A DNA stretch of 32,000 nt from Microcystis aeruginosa NIES-843 (GCF_000010625.1 NC_010296.1:390001-422000); one strand, 5' to 3'; shown: positions 1-9,809, numbered from the stretch's first letter. Notes: generated from the sequence alone by a model not told the origin. Numbers and translations are program-made.

Positions 1-78
1 CGTACTAAAAATATTTTCATGTTAATTGGTGAAGGTATTGAGATTGAAATTAAACCTAATGGACAATGGATAAAATGA
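1..78 (+). CDS. 3' end of a small ORF entering from the left edge (partial), hypothetical
   Basis: Frame 1 is open from base 1 (...RTKNIFMLIGEGIEIEIKPNGQWIK) to TGA at 76-78. It overlaps the ATG of the next small ORF at 66, which suggests a coupled pair of small genes. Confidence 0.3.
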   Translation, partial: RTKNIFMLIGEGIEIEIKPNGQWIK

Positions 79-311
79 ATCAAAAACCTAATTTTAAAAC
101 TATGACATCTCAAGAATTAAAAAGTTATGTATTATCTCATCGTGAGGATGACGAGGCTTTTTATGCTTATGTAGATAAGGTAAATGAAAGAAAAGATCGA
201 GTAGTTTATCCACCTTTAAACTCATTAGAAGAACTGGAAAAATATCCCGAAGTTATTGAACAAATGCGTCAAGATTCCCGTCATAATTTTCAGCAAAATG
301 AGTTAACTTAG
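66..311 (+). CDS. small hypothetical protein (81 aa), hydrophilic
   Basis: ATG-initiated ORF from the track. The composition looks protein-like (SQELKSYVLSHREDDEAFYAYVDKV). I recognise no family with certainty. Confidence 0.45.
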   Translation: MDKMNQKPNFKTMTSQELKSYVLSHREDDEAFYAYVDKVNERKDRVVYPPLNSLEELEKYPEVIEQMRQDSRHNFQQNELT

Positions 312-477
312 ATACAGTGCGATCGCACTCTCTCGCAGTCAGGTCAAGCAATAGCCCAACCCAAGACAGAAGGAGGACAGTGAAAAATACACATTTTTTA
401 CTCTAAGACTGTAGCCTAAGCTACAATTTAATAAATATTTACATTCCTCCTTTCTCCTGTCGATCCTAGACATCATT

Positions 478-1842
478 CTAAAAGTCGGCACTTAAAGGGG
501 TACGGGGGAAAGGAATCACATCGCGAATATTGGTCATTCCGGTCATGAATTGTACCAGACGCTCGAATCCTAAACCAAAACCAGCGTGGGGAACGGAACC
601 GTAGCGACGCAGATCTAAATACCACCACAAATCATCGGGATTCATTCCCTGTTCCTGCATTCTTTGGATTAATACATCTAATCGTTCTTCCCGTTGGGAA
701 CCGCCGATAATTTCGCCGATCTTGGGTGCTAAAATATCCATAGCGGAAACGGTTTTATTATTGTCATCTAGACGCATATAAAAAGCTTTGATTGTCTTGG
801 GATAATTGGTGACAATCACGGGTTTTTTAAATAGTTCCTCCGCTAGATAACGTTCGTGTTCTGACTGTAAATCTACGCCCCATTCTACCGGAAACTCGAA
901 CTGACGATCGGCTTTTTCTAATAACTCGATCGCTTCACTGTAGGTAATCCGGCCAAACTCACTATTAACGATATTCTCGGCCGTACTTAACACCGTTTTA
1001 TCGATACGTTCGTTAAAAAACTGCAAATCTTCGGGACAATTTTCTAAGACGAATTTAAAGATATATTTCAGAAAAGCTTCCGCTAAATCCTGATCTCCTT
1101 CCAGATCACAAAAAGCCATTTCCGGTTCCACCATCCAAAACTCGGCCAGATGACGGGAAGTATTAGAATTTTCGGCGCGAAAAGTCGGGCCAAAAGTGTA
1201 AACATTAGATAAAGCCATGGCCATTACTTCCGCTTGTAATTGTCCACTGACGGTTAAATAGGCCCGTTTACCAAAGAAATCCTCGGCAAAATTGGCGGGT
1301 TTTTTTAAATCTAAACTGGTGACAGTAAATAATTCCCCCGCACCTTCGCAGTCGTTAGCGGTAATAATGGGAGTATGTACCCAAATAAAGCCCTTTTCTT
1401 GGAAAAAACTGTGGATAGCGGTGGCGCAAGCGTTTCTAACCCGCATTACTGCCCCTAGGGTGTTGGTTCTTGCTCGCAGATGGGCAATAGTTCTTAGGAA
1501 TTCAAAGGAATGACGTTTCTTTTGTAGGGGATAATCCGGGGGACAGTCACCATAAAGGGTGATTTCGGCCGCTTTTAACTCGATATTTTGCCCTTTACCC
1601 GGGGAAGGAACCAAATTTCCCGAAACAGCGATCGCTGCTCCTGTACTAATTGTTTTTAGTACATTTTCATAATCGGGTAAAGTCGGTTCGAGGATAACTT
1701 GTAAGTTGGCTAGGGATGAGCCATCATTAACTTCCAGGAAAGTAAATTCTTTTAATTCTCGTTTTGTTCTCACCCAACCCTGCACGGTGACGGATTGATC
1801 GGGTTGTCCTGTTTGAAAGATTTCCTTGATTCTGGTAGTCAT
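478..1842 (-). CDS. asnS: asparagine--tRNA ligase
   Basis: 454 aa class II aaRS. It has an N-terminal OB anticodon-binding region ([12 protein letters not shown]...FLEVNDGS) and class II motifs ([21 protein letters not shown]; GSQREER; GFGLGFERL). Size and motifs fit AsnRS. Confidence 0.93.
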   Translation of the reverse strand: MTTRIKEIFQTGQPDQSVTVQGWVRTKRELKEFTFLEVNDGSSLANLQVILEPTLPDYENVLKTISTGAAIAVSGNLVPSPGKGQNIELKAAEITLYGDCPPDYPLQKKRHSFEFLRTIAHLRARTNTLGAVMRVRNACATAIHSFFQEKGFIWVHTPIITANDCEGAGELFTVTSLDLKKPANFAEDFFGKRAYLTVSGQLQAEVMAMALSNVYTFGPTFRAENSNTSRHLAEFWMVEPEMAFCDLEGDQDLAEAFLKYIFKFVLENCPEDLQFFNERIDKTVLSTAENIVNSEFGRITYSEAIELLEKADRQFEFPVEWGVDLQSEHERYLAEELFKKPVIVTNYPKTIKAFYMRLDDNNKTVSAMDILAPKIGEIIGGSQREERLDVLIQRMQEQGMNPDDLWWYLDLRRYGSVPHAGFGLGFERLVQFMTGMTNIRDVIPFPRTPLSADF

Positions 1843-1984
1843 CGCTTATCCCTATGTTAGAACCAAAGAGTATTTTAACTGAATGTCAGCAAAAGTCCCT
1901 CGCTTTTATGGACTTCTGCTGACTTTGTATATAGACAATTCTCGAAAACCATGTTATCATAGTTATAGTTTCTTGATAACTCTT

Positions 1985-3220
1985 ATGTACAAAGCGTACA
2001 AATTCAGACTTAAGCCTAATACCGAGCAAGAAATAGCCTTAGCAAAAAGCTTTGGCTGTTGTCGTTGGTTTTGGAATTATTCCCTGAATTTATGCCAAGA
2101 AACCTATAAAACCACAGGAAAAGGACTGACACGAAACTATATTCAGGGACTATTGCCTAGTCTCAAAAAAGAATATGAGTGGTTGACAGATGCTTATTCC
2201 CAGTGCTTACAGGTTGTCGCTTTGAACTTATCCCAAGCTTATCAAAATTTCTTTGAGAAACGGGCGAGATTACCAAGATTCAAATCTAAACATGGTAAAC
2301 AATCAATTAGCTATCCAGCTAATGTCAAATTTGAAGGTGACTACCTCAAATTACCGGGTAAAGTTGGATTAGTTTATTGTGTTCGTCATCGGGAATTTGC
2401 AGGAACAATTAAAACCGTTACTATCTCAAAAAACCCAGACGGTAAATACTACGCTTCTATTTTAGTTGATGACGGACAATCCCCCCTGCCCCCCTTGATA
2501 AGGGGGGTGCCGAAGGCGGGGGGATCTACCCTTGATAAGGGGGATGACGAAGGCGGGGGGATAGATGGAAAAGCCATAGGAATTGATTTAGGACTTAATC
2601 ATTTTGCTATTACCAGTAATGGTAGTAAATATGATAATCCTAGACATTTAGCCAAACATCAACGTAATCTAAAAAGGAAACAACAAAAGTTATCGCGTAA
2701 AAAGAAAGGCAGTAACAACCGTCAAAAAGCTAGATGTAAAGTAGCTAAAGTTCACTCTAAAATCTCAAGATGTCGTGAGGATTTTCTCCACAAGCTATCC
2801 CGTAAGATAGTTAACGAAAACCAAGTTATTGCGGTAGAAAATCTCAATGTCAAAGGCATGGTACGCAATCATAATTTAGCTAAGGCTATTAGTGATTGTA
2901 GTTGGGGAATGTTTTGTACAATGCTCAAATACAAGGCAGAATGGGAAGGAAAAACTTATATCGAAGTTGATAGGTTTTTCCCTAGTTCTAAAACTTGTCA
3001 TGTCTGTCTGAATCAAGTGGGTAGTTTATCCCTTGATGTTAGAATATGGACTTGTGTGCATTGCAAAACAATCCATGATCGTGACATAAATGCGGCAATA
3101 AATATTCGAGATGAAAGCTTACGGATATTGTCGTTAGGAACTAGCGATACTGCCTATAGAGGGGATATAAGACCAAAAGCTGGGCGTAAGTCCGTCTTGA
3201 GGCAATCCCCTGTGAAATAG
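1985..3220 (+). CDS. tnpB: TnpB (OrfB) RNA-guided endonuclease of IS200/IS605 family
   Basis: Typical N-terminus MYKAYKFRLKPNTEQ, so I start at ATG 1985 rather than the track start 1883. RuvC-I GIDLGLNH, RuvC-II VIAVENLNVKGM, zinc finger CHVC...CVHC and RuvC-III HDRDINAAINI are all present. It carries an 84-nt in-frame repeat insertion (see 2479-2562). Confidence 0.9.
   Translation: MYKAYKFRLKPNTEQEIALAKSFGCCRWFWNYSLNLCQETYKTTGKGLTRNYIQGLLPSLKKEYEWLTDAYSQCLQVVALNLSQAYQNFFEKRARLPRFKSKHGKQSISYPANVKFEGDYLKLPGKVGLVYCVRHREFAGTIKTVTISKNPDGKYYASILVDDGQSPLPPLIRGVPKAGGSTLDKGDDEGGGIDGKAIGIDLGLNHFAITSNGSKYDNPRHLAKHQRNLKRKQQKLSRKKKGSNNRQKARCKVAKVHSKISRCREDFLHKLSRKIVNENQVIAVENLNVKGMVRNHNLAKAISDCSWGMFCTMLKYKAEWEGKTYIEVDRFFPSSKTCHVCLNQVGSLSLDVRIWTCVHCKTIHDRDINAAINIRDESLRILSLGTSDTAYRGDIRPKAGRKSVLRQSPVK
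2479..2562. repeat. G/C-rich palindromic module (1.7 units) inserted in frame in tnpB
   Basis: atCCCCCCTGCCCCCCTTGATAAGGGGGGTGCCGAAGGCGGGGGGAT followed by a partial second unit. The same module occurs at 14205-14253 and, as reverse complement, at 27571-27620. It is 84 nt (28 codons), translated as QSPLPPLIRGVPKAGGSTLDKGDDEGGG. Confidence 0.8.
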
Positions 3221-3255
3221 GAAGCTCTCAAAGACCTTGAGAGTAGTTCACGATA
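3100..3255 (+). ncRNA. putative omega-RNA (reRNA) scaffold overlapping the tnpB 3' end and right end
   Basis: Placed only by analogy with characterised TnpB systems, where the guide RNA is transcribed from the tnpB 3' end through the right end. The one sequence feature I can point to is the right-end hairpin at 3225-3243. Boundaries are not determined. Confidence 0.3.
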
Positions 3256-3296
3256 GAAGGTTCAGATCAGGCTAAAATCAATCTCGAACAGGTGTC

Positions 3297-3692
3297 ATGC
3301 TTCTGGTGGAAAAATTATTAAGTAAGCCCAAAAGCCGTAAATTAGCGATTTTTTTGGCTTTTATCGGCAGCATTCTCGCTTTACCCTTTCCTATCGCTGG
3401 TATTCATAAATTCTATCTCGGTCAACCTCTCTGGGGAATTATTTATCTTCTCCTCTGGCAAACTCCGATTCCCCGGGTGGCTTGCGCGATCGATGCAGTG
3501 TGGTATTTAATCCAAGATAACCAATTTTTCGCTAACTATTTTCCCACTGCCACCGCTGCTGCCACTGTCCCCAGTTTAGAGCCTAAACAAGTAGAGGCGA
3601 TCGGGGCAGCTTTAAGAGAATTAGAGCGCCTCCGGCAAGAAGGATTAATTTCTGAGTACGAATTTGAAGAAAAACGGCGACAATTACTATAA
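3297..3692 (+). CDS. TM2-domain membrane protein with C-terminal SHOCT-like motif
   Basis: 131 aa with two hydrophobic helices (LAIFLAFIGSILALPFPIAGIHKFYLGQPLWGIIYLLLW). The C-terminal LRQEGLISEYEFEEKRRQLL resembles a SHOCT short oligomerisation motif. The stop overlaps the next ATG (TAATG at 3689-3694). Confidence 0.65.
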   Translation: MLLVEKLLSKPKSRKLAIFLAFIGSILALPFPIAGIHKFYLGQPLWGIIYLLLWQTPIPRVACAIDAVWYLIQDNQFFANYFPTATAAATVPSLEPKQVEAIGAALRELERLRQEGLISEYEFEEKRRQLL

Positions 3693-4222
3693 TGACACCG
3701 CAAAACTGGTTAGGGCGCACTTTTAACCCTTTAAAAGCCAAAATTAGCAATGATCCCTATTATCGCTTTCGTTCCCTTGATGAGATCGCTATGGCGGCGC
3801 AATTGGGCATTAAAATTAATGTCAGTCAAGCGGGTGTGGATGATTGGCTGCGATTGCCGGGGATATCCATCCATCAAGCGCGAATGTTGGTGGAATTGTC
3901 GGGTATGGGGGTAGAATTGCTTTGTCTCGAAGATCTAGCGGCTGCTTTGAGTGTTCCTGTGGCTAGATTGAAAGCTTGGGAGCCGATTCTAGAATTTGCC
4001 TATTATAGTCGGGAAAGTCACCTCGCACCCCCTAAAATCAATCCTAACACCGCTTCGATCGAGCAGTTAACCACCTTACCCCTAATCAGCGATAATTTGG
4101 CAGCTGCCATTATTAAAAATAGAGAAGAACAGGGATTATTTAAGAATATTGTGGATTTTAAAGGGCGTTTATCCCTAGACGCTCAGGAAATCTCCCAATT
4201 AATGCACTTTTTCCAGTTTTAA
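3692..4222 (+). CDS. ComEA-like helix-hairpin-helix DNA-binding protein
   Basis: 176 aa with two HhH-type units (WLRLPGISIHQARMLVE; INPNTASIEQLTTLPLISDNLAAAIIKNREEQGLF). Translationally coupled to the upstream ORF. Confidence 0.65.
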   Translation: MTPQNWLGRTFNPLKAKISNDPYYRFRSLDEIAMAAQLGIKINVSQAGVDDWLRLPGISIHQARMLVELSGMGVELLCLEDLAAALSVPVARLKAWEPILEFAYYSRESHLAPPKINPNTASIEQLTTLPLISDNLAAAIIKNREEQGLFKNIVDFKGRLSLDAQEISQLMHFFQF

Positions 4223-4235
4223 TCCCAAATACTCA

Positions 4236-4406
<171 letters not shown>

Positions 4407-4423
4407 TTATTTTTATTTATTCT

Positions 4424-4546
4424 CCCCATTTCCCCACTTCCCCAATTCCCCACTTCCCCAATTCCCCACTTCCCCACTTCCCCACTTCCCCACTTCCCCA
4501 CTTCCCCATTTCCCCACTTCCCCACACTCCACTTCCCCACTTCCCA
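4424..4546. repeat. octamer tandem array CCCCACTT / CCCCAATT / CCCCATTT (G-rich on the gyrA sense strand)
   Basis: About 15 consecutive 8-nt units, each starting with CCCC. It ends 7 nt before the gyrA stop codon (4553-4555). A short related fragment occurs at 19077-19100 in inverse orientation. Confidence 0.9.
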
Positions 4547-4552
4547 GCAAAT

Positions 4553-7105
4553 CTAAATGTCTTCAGATTCCTCCGCATCACTAGGGGGAACTAGGGCTAC
4601 CGCAGCGATCGCATCGTCCTCATCGAGTTTTTGTACCCGGATGCCTCCGGCCGATCGCGATTGGGGAGTAATAGCATCGACGGATTGACGGATGATAATG
4701 CCCCGTTCGGTGATAATCATAAATTCCTCGTGGGGGTTAACAACGTGCAGAGCCGCTAATTTATCGTTCTTTTTGCGGAATTTAATCACTCTGACTCCTA
4801 ATCCCGCCCGATTTTGCAGACGTAGGAGGGTAACGGGAACCCGTTTTCCCAGTCCTGCCATGGTAATCGCTAACACCCAGGGGCCATTATTAGCCACTTC
4901 GGGGTTAATTTCTTCGCTTTCGTCCTCGGTTTCTTCTTCGTTAGATTCAGCGATTTGGGCGACAATTTGACTAGGCAGGATGTCCATACTAATTAATTCG
5001 TCACCTGAGCGCAATTTCATCGATTTTACGCCTTTAGTTGCCCTTCCCAAGGAGCGCAATTGTTGACTATCGGCCTTAAAATGAATGGCCATCCCCTGAC
5101 GAGAACCGATAATGACGCTGTCTTCCTCTTTGGCCAAGCGAACCCAACGTAGTTGATCACCGTCTTCGAGAGAAATGGCGATTAAACCGTTCGATCGAAT
5201 ATTACTAAAGGCAGCGAGGGCGGTTTTCTTGATAAATCCCTTTTGTGTGAGCATAATCAGGTAATTATCCTCGCTGAACTCGCTGACTGCCACCACCGAG
5301 GTAATTTTCTCCCCTTTGGGAATCTCTAACAGTTGCACGATGGGAACGCCGCGAGCGGTACGGGAACCGGTGGGGATATGATAGGCATTGAGACTATAGA
5401 CAACCCCGCGATCGGTGAAAAAGAGGACGCTATCGTGATCGCGGCAGGTGATAAAGTGATCGATGCCGTCGTCTTCTTTCATTTTTGCGCCTGCTTTGCC
5501 CCTTGTTGCCCGATTTTGGGACTCAAAGGTATTAACGGGCATTCTTTTGATGTAACCCTGTTCGGTGACGAGAATTAAGGCTTGTTCGTTGGCAATCAGG
5601 TCAGTTTCGGCGATTTCTCCTTCCCGTTGTTCAATATGAGTGCGACGGGGGGTAGCGTGAATCGTTTTGATCTGTTGCAGTTCTTCCTCGATAATGCTGT
5701 CGATCCGTTCTTTTTTGGCTAAAATATCCTGAAGATCGCCGATTTTTGCCAATAATTCCCCGTGTTCTTGCTGAATTTTCTCCGATTCTAGGGCGGTTAA
5801 ACGCCGCAGCTGCATTTGTAGGATTGCGTCCGCTTGCACCTCTGAAAGACCAAAATTCTGCACTAATCCCTCTTTTGCACTAGCTGTGTCGGCAGCACTG
5901 CGAATCAGGGCAATGACTGCATCGAGACTAGCGAGGGCAATTAGTAAACCCTGAAGGATATGATCCCTTTCCTCGGCCTTGCGGAGTTCATAACGGGTAC
6001 GACGGGTGATCACTTCTACCCGAAAATCGAGGAAAACGCGGAGAAACTCCCTTAAAGTCAGTAATCTCGGTTCGTTATCGACTAATGCCAACATATTCGC
6101 CCCAAAATTCGACTGGAGGGGCGTTTGTTTATAAAGATTGTTGAGGACGACGCGGGGATAGGCATCTCGTTTCAGTTCGATCACTACCCGGATGCCGTCG
6201 CGATCGCTTTCGTCCCGCACATCGGAAATACCGTCTATTTTGCGATCATTGACCAAATCGGCGATTTTTTCGATTAATGCCGCTTTATTGGTTTGATAGG
6301 GCAGTTCGGTGATGATAATAGCATCTCGATCGGGTCTTCCCCTTTGTTCGATAGTTTCAATGGTAGCCACTCCCCGCAGGGTAATGGAACCGCGGCCGGT
6401 GGTGTAAGCTTCCTGAATGCCGTCTCTACCAAGGATATGCCCCCCGGTGGGAAAGTCTGGCCCCGGGATATAACGCTGTAATTCCGTATCGGTGAGATCG
6501 GGGTTATGGATGAGGGCAACGGTTCCATCGATAATCTCGGCCAGGTTGTGGGGGGGGATATTGGTGGCCATACCGACGGCGATCCCCGATGAGCCATTAA
6601 TTAGCAGTTGTGGGACTCTAGAGGGTAAAACCACGGGTTCCTGTTGGGAACCATCGAAGTTATCGGCAAAATCGACGGTTTCTGACTCGATATCCTGTAG
6701 TAGGGCGTTGGTGGCCAGGGTGTGCAGACGACACTCGGTATAACGCATGGCTGCCGGGGGATCGTTATCGATCGATCCGAAGTTACCATGACCGTTAATC
6801 AGGGGATCGCGCATGGAGAAATCCTGGGCCATGCGGACGAGAGCATCGTAAACAGCAGTATCCCCGTGGGGATGGTATTTTCCTAATACTTCCCCGACGA
6901 CTCTAGCGCATTTCCGGAAGGGGCGATCGGGGGTTAATCCTAGTTCGTACATCGCATAAAGAATGCGCCGGTGTACGGGTTTCAGTCCGTCCCTAGCGTC
7001 GGGCAAGGCGCGCCCAACGATGACGCTCATGGCGTATTCTAGATAGGAACGGGACATTTCATTGCTTAAGTCTGTGGGGACGACATGATCCTGGGCGGCG
7101 GTCAT
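4553..7105 (-). CDS. gyrA: DNA gyrase subunit A
   Basis: 850 aa. It has [28 protein letters not shown] and the active-site region AAMRYTE, followed by C-terminal beta-pinwheel repeats and an acidic tail. Confidence 0.97.
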   Translation of the reverse strand: MTAAQDHVVPTDLSNEMSRSYLEYAMSVIVGRALPDARDGLKPVHRRILYAMYELGLTPDRPFRKCARVVGEVLGKYHPHGDTAVYDALVRMAQDFSMRDPLINGHGNFGSIDNDPPAAMRYTECRLHTLATNALLQDIESETVDFADNFDGSQQEPVVLPSRVPQLLINGSSGIAVGMATNIPPHNLAEIIDGTVALIHNPDLTDTELQRYIPGPDFPTGGHILGRDGIQEAYTTGRGSITLRGVATIETIEQRGRPDRDAIIITELPYQTNKAALIEKIADLVNDRKIDGISDVRDESDRDGIRVVIELKRDAYPRVVLNNLYKQTPLQSNFGANMLALVDNEPRLLTLREFLRVFLDFRVEVITRRTRYELRKAEERDHILQGLLIALASLDAVIALIRSAADTASAKEGLVQNFGLSEVQADAILQMQLRRLTALESEKIQQEHGELLAKIGDLQDILAKKERIDSIIEEELQQIKTIHATPRRTHIEQREGEIAETDLIANEQALILVTEQGYIKRMPVNTFESQNRATRGKAGAKMKEDDGIDHFITCRDHDSVLFFTDRGVVYSLNAYHIPTGSRTARGVPIVQLLEIPKGEKITSVVAVSEFSEDNYLIMLTQKGFIKKTALAAFSNIRSNGLIAISLEDGDQLRWVRLAKEEDSVIIGSRQGMAIHFKADSQQLRSLGRATKGVKSMKLRSGDELISMDILPSQIVAQIAESNEEETEDESEEINPEVANNGPWVLAITMAGLGKRVPVTLLRLQNRAGLGVRVIKFRKKNDKLAALHVVNPHEEFMIITERGIIIRQSVDAITPQSRSAGGIRVQKLDEDDAIAAVALVPPSDAEESEDI

Positions 7106-7360
7106 AGGGGGGTTAACTCCAATAACAAGGCAAAAAAAGCGTTTTTGTGAGTAAATTCGCTAAAATTCGGGTTTTTACCCTTTTGATGTGCAGAATATGC
7201 CCATTTGTACGACTATTTTACCATAAAATCCCTCTTTTTTGGGGTTTGAGGCGGCACTCAAACTTTTGCCGAAAGTCTCTTCCCTCATTCCAGCCCGATC
7301 TTGACACTCTGTGGACTATCTGTCACAATATTGTCATGTAGGCCATTTGTTCTTAAAGTA

Positions 7361-8524
7361 ATGGATTTGCAATTGTCATTATTTCCAGATAATCAACCAA
7401 GTCAGGCGGTAAGCAAACAGAAAAAAGCCAAGTTAGGTCGTTACGAAAGAATTCAGCGCGAACTAGCAACGGTAAAGCGTGATCCCTATCAAGTCCTGGT
7501 CGATGTTAACGTTCCGCTTCAGCCTCTCAATAGCTATAATTTTATCGATCTATTCTCCGGTGCGGGCGGTATCACCCAAGGTTTATTGCAAGCAGGTTTT
7601 AACCCTGTAGCCAGTGCAGAAATTAGCCCGATCGCCTCAGCAACCCATCAAAAGAATTTTCCCAATTGTCATCATTTTTGTGGTGATATACATGATTTTA
7701 ATACTCAAGAATGGTTGGCCAAAATTGGCAATCCATTCATTCATCTTGTGGTGGGCGGACCACCATGTCAAGGATTTTCTGTTGCTGGAAAACGAGATGC
7801 TAATGATCCGAGGAATCATCTCTTTCAAGAATTTATCCGCCTTGTTTCTGAAATACAGCCTTGGTACGTTGTCATGGAGAATGTACCCGGTATTCTAACA
7901 ATAAAAAAAGGAGAAATTAAGCAAAATATTCTGGAAGCTTTTCAAAGTATTGGCTATGGAAATATTTCAATAGCAATTCTTGAATCTGCCGCCTATGGCG
8001 TTCCTCAAATAAGACCAAGAGCTATTTTCATAGCTAATAGATTTGGGCTGCCAAATCCTTATCCAAGTCCTCAATTAGTACCGGAGAAATACCAACCGAT
8101 TGAAGCCGCTATCTGCGATTTACCTGCTTATGAACCTCTTCCCAGTATCAATCACGAATGGACTCGTCACTCCCCCGAATATATGGCCAGAATAGCTCAA
8201 GTTCCTCCCGGGGGTTCCTTATATGAAAGTTATGTTGATGCCTTCAAACGACAGTATCGGGGTAAGCCAAGTATGACAATTAAAGAAAATCATGGCGGTA
8301 CTCATATCCATCCCTATTTAAATCGGGTTATTTCAGCCAGAGAAATGGCTAGATTACAAACTTTTCCCGATTCCTTTATTTTTGAAGGAACAATGAAAAA
8401 AGCGATGTGGCAAATTGGAAACGCCGTACCTCCACGTTTGGCAGAGTGTATTGGCTATGCTCTTATTCCCTACTTAAATCTCATAGCTACAGGTAATAAA
8501 AATATTGGAGAGGTGGCAAGATAA
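7361..8524 (+). CDS. DNA (cytosine-5)-methyltransferase (R-M system M subunit)
   Basis: m5C MTase motifs: I FIDLFSGAGGITQG, IV GGPPCQGFS, VI ENVPG, VIII QIRPRAIFIA, IX REMARLQTFPD, X QIGNAVPP. I start at ATG 7361 (MDLQLSLF) rather than TTG 7301. Confidence 0.93.
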   Translation: MDLQLSLFPDNQPSQAVSKQKKAKLGRYERIQRELATVKRDPYQVLVDVNVPLQPLNSYNFIDLFSGAGGITQGLLQAGFNPVASAEISPIASATHQKNFPNCHHFCGDIHDFNTQEWLAKIGNPFIHLVVGGPPCQGFSVAGKRDANDPRNHLFQEFIRLVSEIQPWYVVMENVPGILTIKKGEIKQNILEAFQSIGYGNISIAILESAAYGVPQIRPRAIFIANRFGLPNPYPSPQLVPEKYQPIEAAICDLPAYEPLPSINHEWTRHSPEYMARIAQVPPGGSLYESYVDAFKRQYRGKPSMTIKENHGGTHIHPYLNRVISAREMARLQTFPDSFIFEGTMKKAMWQIGNAVPPRLAECIGYALIPYLNLIATGNKNIGEVAR

Positions 8525-8525
8525 A

Positions 8526-9251
8526 TCACCGCTCTTCAGTCAATTTGATATTAAGAGAATTACGCCATGTTTCCAAATCATACCAACCGCAACCTACACA
8601 GCCCTGTTCTGCTTCTGCTCCAGATTGAGGAATATTTTCCGGCCAGTTCTCTCCACTGGAATACCAAAATCTGATATCCATTGGTGTTCCTCGCTTACCA
8701 GTTTTAATACATTTTTCACAACTTCTTGACTTTAATAAATTATGATTTCCCGCACTATCTTTTTTGAGAAGCTGAAACTTGTTTCTCATCTCAGCTACAC
8801 TCATATTGACATCATGACTTGGTTCACTTATCCCCCAACGTTCCATAGGAAAACGATGGTCAATAACCAGTTCATGTGACTGTCTGATTCTGTTTTCAAT
8901 CACATCTTTATATCGATAAAACTCCAAAATTCTAGCCACTAATTGAGGCGGTATGTTGGCAGAGGCATTCGCCGCTCGCATCTCTCCAGTCCATCGATCC
9001 CAAGTTGTTGTTTTCTGACAAATTGGACAGTATTCTCGTTTTGTTTCTATTACTAGCCCCTGGCGACCGCTCCTATTTCCGCGCTCTAATCCTTGGATAC
9101 CACCGCCACCGGCATATTGCTCCGATGCTATTTTTTTCCCTTCACAGGTACGACAATGCCAAGCTCGATCTGATAATAACTCGAAGACTTTGTACTGTGA
9201 TGAACCCTGTTTAAACTTTGCTTTTATAGCTTCTACTAAATCAGAACTCAT
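8526..9251 (-). CDS. putative type II restriction endonuclease, HNH / beta-beta-alpha-Me type with Cys pairs
   Basis: 241 aa. Position: downstream of and overlapping a C-protein gene, and convergent with the MTase. Motifs: CRTC, CPIC, IDHRFPMERWG, NHNLLKSRSCEKC, CVGC, consistent with a zinc-stabilised HNH nuclease. Specificity unknown. Confidence 0.65.
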   Translation of the reverse strand: MSSDLVEAIKAKFKQGSSQYKVFELLSDRAWHCRTCEGKKIASEQYAGGGGIQGLERGNRSGRQGLVIETKREYCPICQKTTTWDRWTGEMRAANASANIPPQLVARILEFYRYKDVIENRIRQSHELVIDHRFPMERWGISEPSHDVNMSVAEMRNKFQLLKKDSAGNHNLLKSRSCEKCIKTGKRGTPMDIRFWYSSGENWPENIPQSGAEAEQGCVGCGWYDLETWRNSLNIKLTEER

Positions 9252-9496
9252 TCCGGTTTCTCTATTTCTATCTCTAAATTTTCCAGTAATTGGGATACAG
9301 TTATGTTTAATCCCTTCGCCAGAGTGACAAGAGCGGTAAGAGAAGGATTTCTTACTCCTCGCTCTAGTCCAGATATATAGGTACGATCAAGATGGCAACG
9401 TAGCCCTAGTTCTTCTTGTGATATGCCTAAAGCTGCTCTATGCTCTCGGATCATTAACCCCAATGCCCTTAAAATTACTGCTTTTGATTTTTCCAT
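9248..9496 (-). CDS. C (controller) protein, XRE-family helix-turn-helix regulator of the R-M system
   Basis: The HTH region LGISQEELGLRCHLDRTYISGLERGVRNPSLTALVTLAKGL is typical of R-M controller proteins. The stop overlaps the REase ATG by 4 nt (ATGA). I prefer the internal ATG at 9496 (82 aa, MEKSKAV...) because the track's extra 17 codons consist of inverted repeats that look like the operator. Confidence 0.8.
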   Translation of the reverse strand: MEKSKAVILRALGLMIREHRAALGISQEELGLRCHLDRTYISGLERGVRNPSLTALVTLAKGLNITVSQLLENLEIEIEKPE

Positions 9497-9498
9497 AA

Positions 9499-9538
9499 AG
9501 TCTATAATCGTCCTTAGTGGACGATAAGTCCACGGACT
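9499..9538 (-). promoter_or_regulatory. putative C-box operator upstream of the controller gene
   Basis: In coding sense: AGTCC-GT-GGACT (9538-9527), GTCC-ACTAA-GGAC (9522-9510), then AGACT (9503-9499), ending 2 nt before ATG 9496. GACT/AGTC-type inverted repeats directly upstream of C genes are the known C-box architecture. Confidence 0.5.
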
Positions 9539-9809
9539 ATATGTCACAGGAATAATTTTCCTCTCCTCCCGTCAACCAAACAGCCTCTTAATCAGAATCA
9601 AAAGATCGTCAAGGCAGCTCACAGGGGGACAAAATCGGATTTTTTAGCAGTTTTTCCCTCGATAATTTAGGATAAAATAAAAATGCGATCGAGAGTTAAT
9701 ACCATGGCCCGATCAGCAGCTCAAGAATCGATGATAATTGAGATTAATGATCCCTTAACTCCAGCGAAGACTATTAACCTGATTTTCCCAGCGCAAAAAT
9801 TCCCCCAAA

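Larger units (their letters stand above)
1870..3255 (+). mobile_element. TnpB-only IS200/IS605-family (IS1341-type) element; ends approximate
   Basis: A left-end imperfect hairpin (1885-1898 pairs with 1910-1923) lies upstream of tnpB. A right-end hairpin (3225-3231 pairs with 3237-3243) lies just after the stop. There is no tnpA. The element sits in the asnS / TM2-protein intergenic region. The exact cleavage sites cannot be fixed from one copy. Confidence 0.65.

Noticed and set aside
1883-1984. N-terminal 34-codon extension of the tnpB ORF
   Set aside because: The extension covers the left-end hairpin of the element, and the canonical TnpB N-terminus MYKAYKFRL begins at 1985.
4692-6789. 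Six ORFs of 62-107 aa overlapping gyrA (4692-4970, 5333-5578, 6274-6597, 6293-6481, 6492-6743, 6601-6789)
   Set aside because: They are shadow or alternative-frame ORFs within a clearly coding, highly conserved gene. Their composition is low-complexity or odd and none has a start context.
7147-7341. 64-aa ORF in the gyrA / methyltransferase intergenic region
   Set aside because: Improbable composition (Cys/Phe/Arg-rich) and no ribosome-binding context. The region is more plausibly divergent promoter space.
8505-9214. ORFs antisense to the restriction endonuclease gene (8505-8729, 9005-9214)
   Set aside because: They are shadow ORFs in an AT-rich gene with no recognisable motifs. The opposite strand encodes a coherent nuclease-like protein.
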